Positions 63,013-64,000 of a DNA stretch of 64,000 nucleotides are shown here, piece by piece; position 1 is the first letter of the stretch, and the number at the start of each line of letters is the position of its first letter. The notes below the pieces were generated by a model, which was not told the DNA's origin, searched no databases, and worked only from the letters and a program-made list of their open reading frames with translations. Where the stretch lies: positions 306-64,305 of the forward strand of contig CAZPPW010000001.1 in NCBI GenBank assembly GCA_964588595.1. Reading direction: 5' to 3'. Source of the stretch: an uncultured Marinilabiliaceae bacterium. Its GTDB lineage: Bacteria; Bacteroidota; Bacteroidia; Bacteroidales; Marinilabiliaceae. The position numbers and the translations under genes were made by a program.

Positions 63013-64000
63013 TTAGAACGTTACATTCAGACCGACGGAGTAGACAGTAGGCGATGGGTAGCGGCCATTGTCGAGACCGTAGACATTGGCGCTCTGAGTG
63101 GAGGCGCCGATTTCAGGATCGTAACCTGTGTAGTGTGTGAAGGTTGCGATGTTCTGGAGGTTGACGTAGACGCGTACGTTCTTGAGGTGGCACTTGTTCA
63201 TGAGCTCCTTCTTGAAGGTATAACCGAGGGTTATGTTCTTGATGCGGAGGTAGGAGCCATCCTCGATGTAGCGGTCGGACACACGGTCGTTGTCGTTAGG
63301 ATCGGCAGTTGTGGCACGAGGCACATCGGTGTCGGCATTCTCGACCTTGACGTTTGTCGGATCTTGATACCAATGCCAGATATTGTTGGTTCCGTCGTAA
63401 GTCTTGTCGGGGTCGATGGCCACGAGGTGAGCGCGGTCGTTGACTACGCCGAGCTGGTTTGCCCAAGCAGACTTCATGTTAGAGATCTGAGAAGCGAGGT
63501 AGTTGTAGACCTTATTGCCGTAGCAGCCATTGAGGAATATGGAGAGGTCGAAGTCTTTATAGGTAAAGGTGTTAGTCCAACCGAAGGTGAACTTAGGCAT
63601 AGGTGAGCCGAGGTTAGTGCGATCCTTCTCGTCGATCACGCCATCGCCATTGACATCTTTGAACTTGACATCGCCAATCCACACAGTGGTGTAGGGGTCG
63701 TACGATTTACCATCACTTGGTTGATGGCTGGCCTCTTTGGGAGAGTTTTGGATGTCGGCAAGATCCTTGTAGACGCCATCGGTCTTGTAGCCGTAGAAGT
63801 TGTAGAGGCTCTCACCGATCTGGGTGCGAGAGACGACATCGGACCACTGGCCGTAGCCCTCGATTGCGGAGGAAGCCTGGCCGTCGAGCGCGACGAGCTT
63901 ATTCTTGTTCCAAGAGATTTGGAACTCGGAATGCCAGTTGAGACGACCATTGTCGTAGGGAGTGCCGCTTACTGTGAGCTCAAGACCCTTGTTCTCGATG
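63013..64000 (-). CDS. susC: SusC/RagA-family TonB-dependent transporter, C-terminal part (5' end outside window)
   Basis: The frame ending at 63013 stays open to the window edge (all triplets 63685-63999 were checked by hand). C-terminus ...PTVYSVGLNVTF is typical of SusC. The track start at 63684 is an internal GTG. Confidence 0.88.
   Translation of the reverse strand, partial: IENKGLELTVSGTPYDNGRLNWHSEFQISWNKNKLVALDGQASSAIEGYGQWSDVVSRTQIGESLYNFYGYKTDGVYKDLADIQNSPKEASHQPSDGKSYDPYTTVWIGDVKFKDVNGDGVIDEKDRTNLGSPMPKFTFGWTNTFTYKDFDLSIFLNGCYGNKVYNYLASQISNMKSAWANQLGVVNDRAHLVAIDPDKTYDGTNNIWHWYQDPTNVKVENADTDVPRATTADPNDNDRVSDRYIEDGSYLRIKNITLGYTFKKELMNKCHLKNVRVYVNLQNIATFTHYTGYDPEIGASTQSANVYGLDNGRYPSPTVYSVGLNVTF

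Noticed and set aside
62290-63606. 438-aa + strand ORF spanning the SusD/SusC junction
   Set aside because: It runs across the boundary of two well-supported - strand genes. The translation is Val/Gly/Asp/Glu-rich, typical of a reverse-frame artefact.

Overview
This looks like a Bacteroidales chromosomal segment. Evidence: a SusC/SusD pair, type IX secretion (T9SS) C-terminal sorting tails, lipoprotein signal peptides and TAnnTTTG -7 promoter boxes. All calls come from reading the ORF translations and the DNA by eye; no searches were run.

Layout:
- 1-34 kb: mostly housekeeping genes (holA, AMP nucleosidase, mutS, gpmA, SufE/SufT-like pair, TrmH-family methylase, manA plus a GH5 mannanase, rpsO, yebC, Nif3/zinc-ribbon pair, MerR-like regulator, recR, bioD, rnpA-yidD, recX, folC, three tRNA-Val genes, glyA, type III glutamine synthetase). 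Secreted and hypothetical proteins are interspersed.
- 34-41 kb: a parallel beta-helix protein and a 1580-aa GLUG-motif T9SS cargo protein.
- 41.6-64 kb: a beta-mannan/galactomannan utilisation locus. It carries SusC, SusD, two surface glycan-binding lipoproteins, two GH26, GH130, cellobiose 2-epimerase, two esterases, GH27, a GPH symporter and a TPR-sensor hybrid kinase/AraC regulator. One oppositely oriented AAA-ATPase/PD-(D/E)xK gene interrupts it.

No transposase, integrase, phage genes, CRISPR array or rRNA were seen.

Most unusual observations:
1. The two ends of the window have opposite strand composition and codon usage, independent of gene orientation.
2. A family of intergenic repeats is built on 11-bp (and 22/33-bp) phasing. 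It includes two homologous roughly 250-400 bp elements that each start with seven phased ATGCTCC heptamers.
3. A roughly 280-nt promoter-to-terminator unit with no convincing ORF is a candidate structured sRNA.
4. Two identical tRNA-Val(TAC) genes carry C instead of U at position 33.
5. A tiny lipoprotein carries a duplicated ACCQNDST motif.
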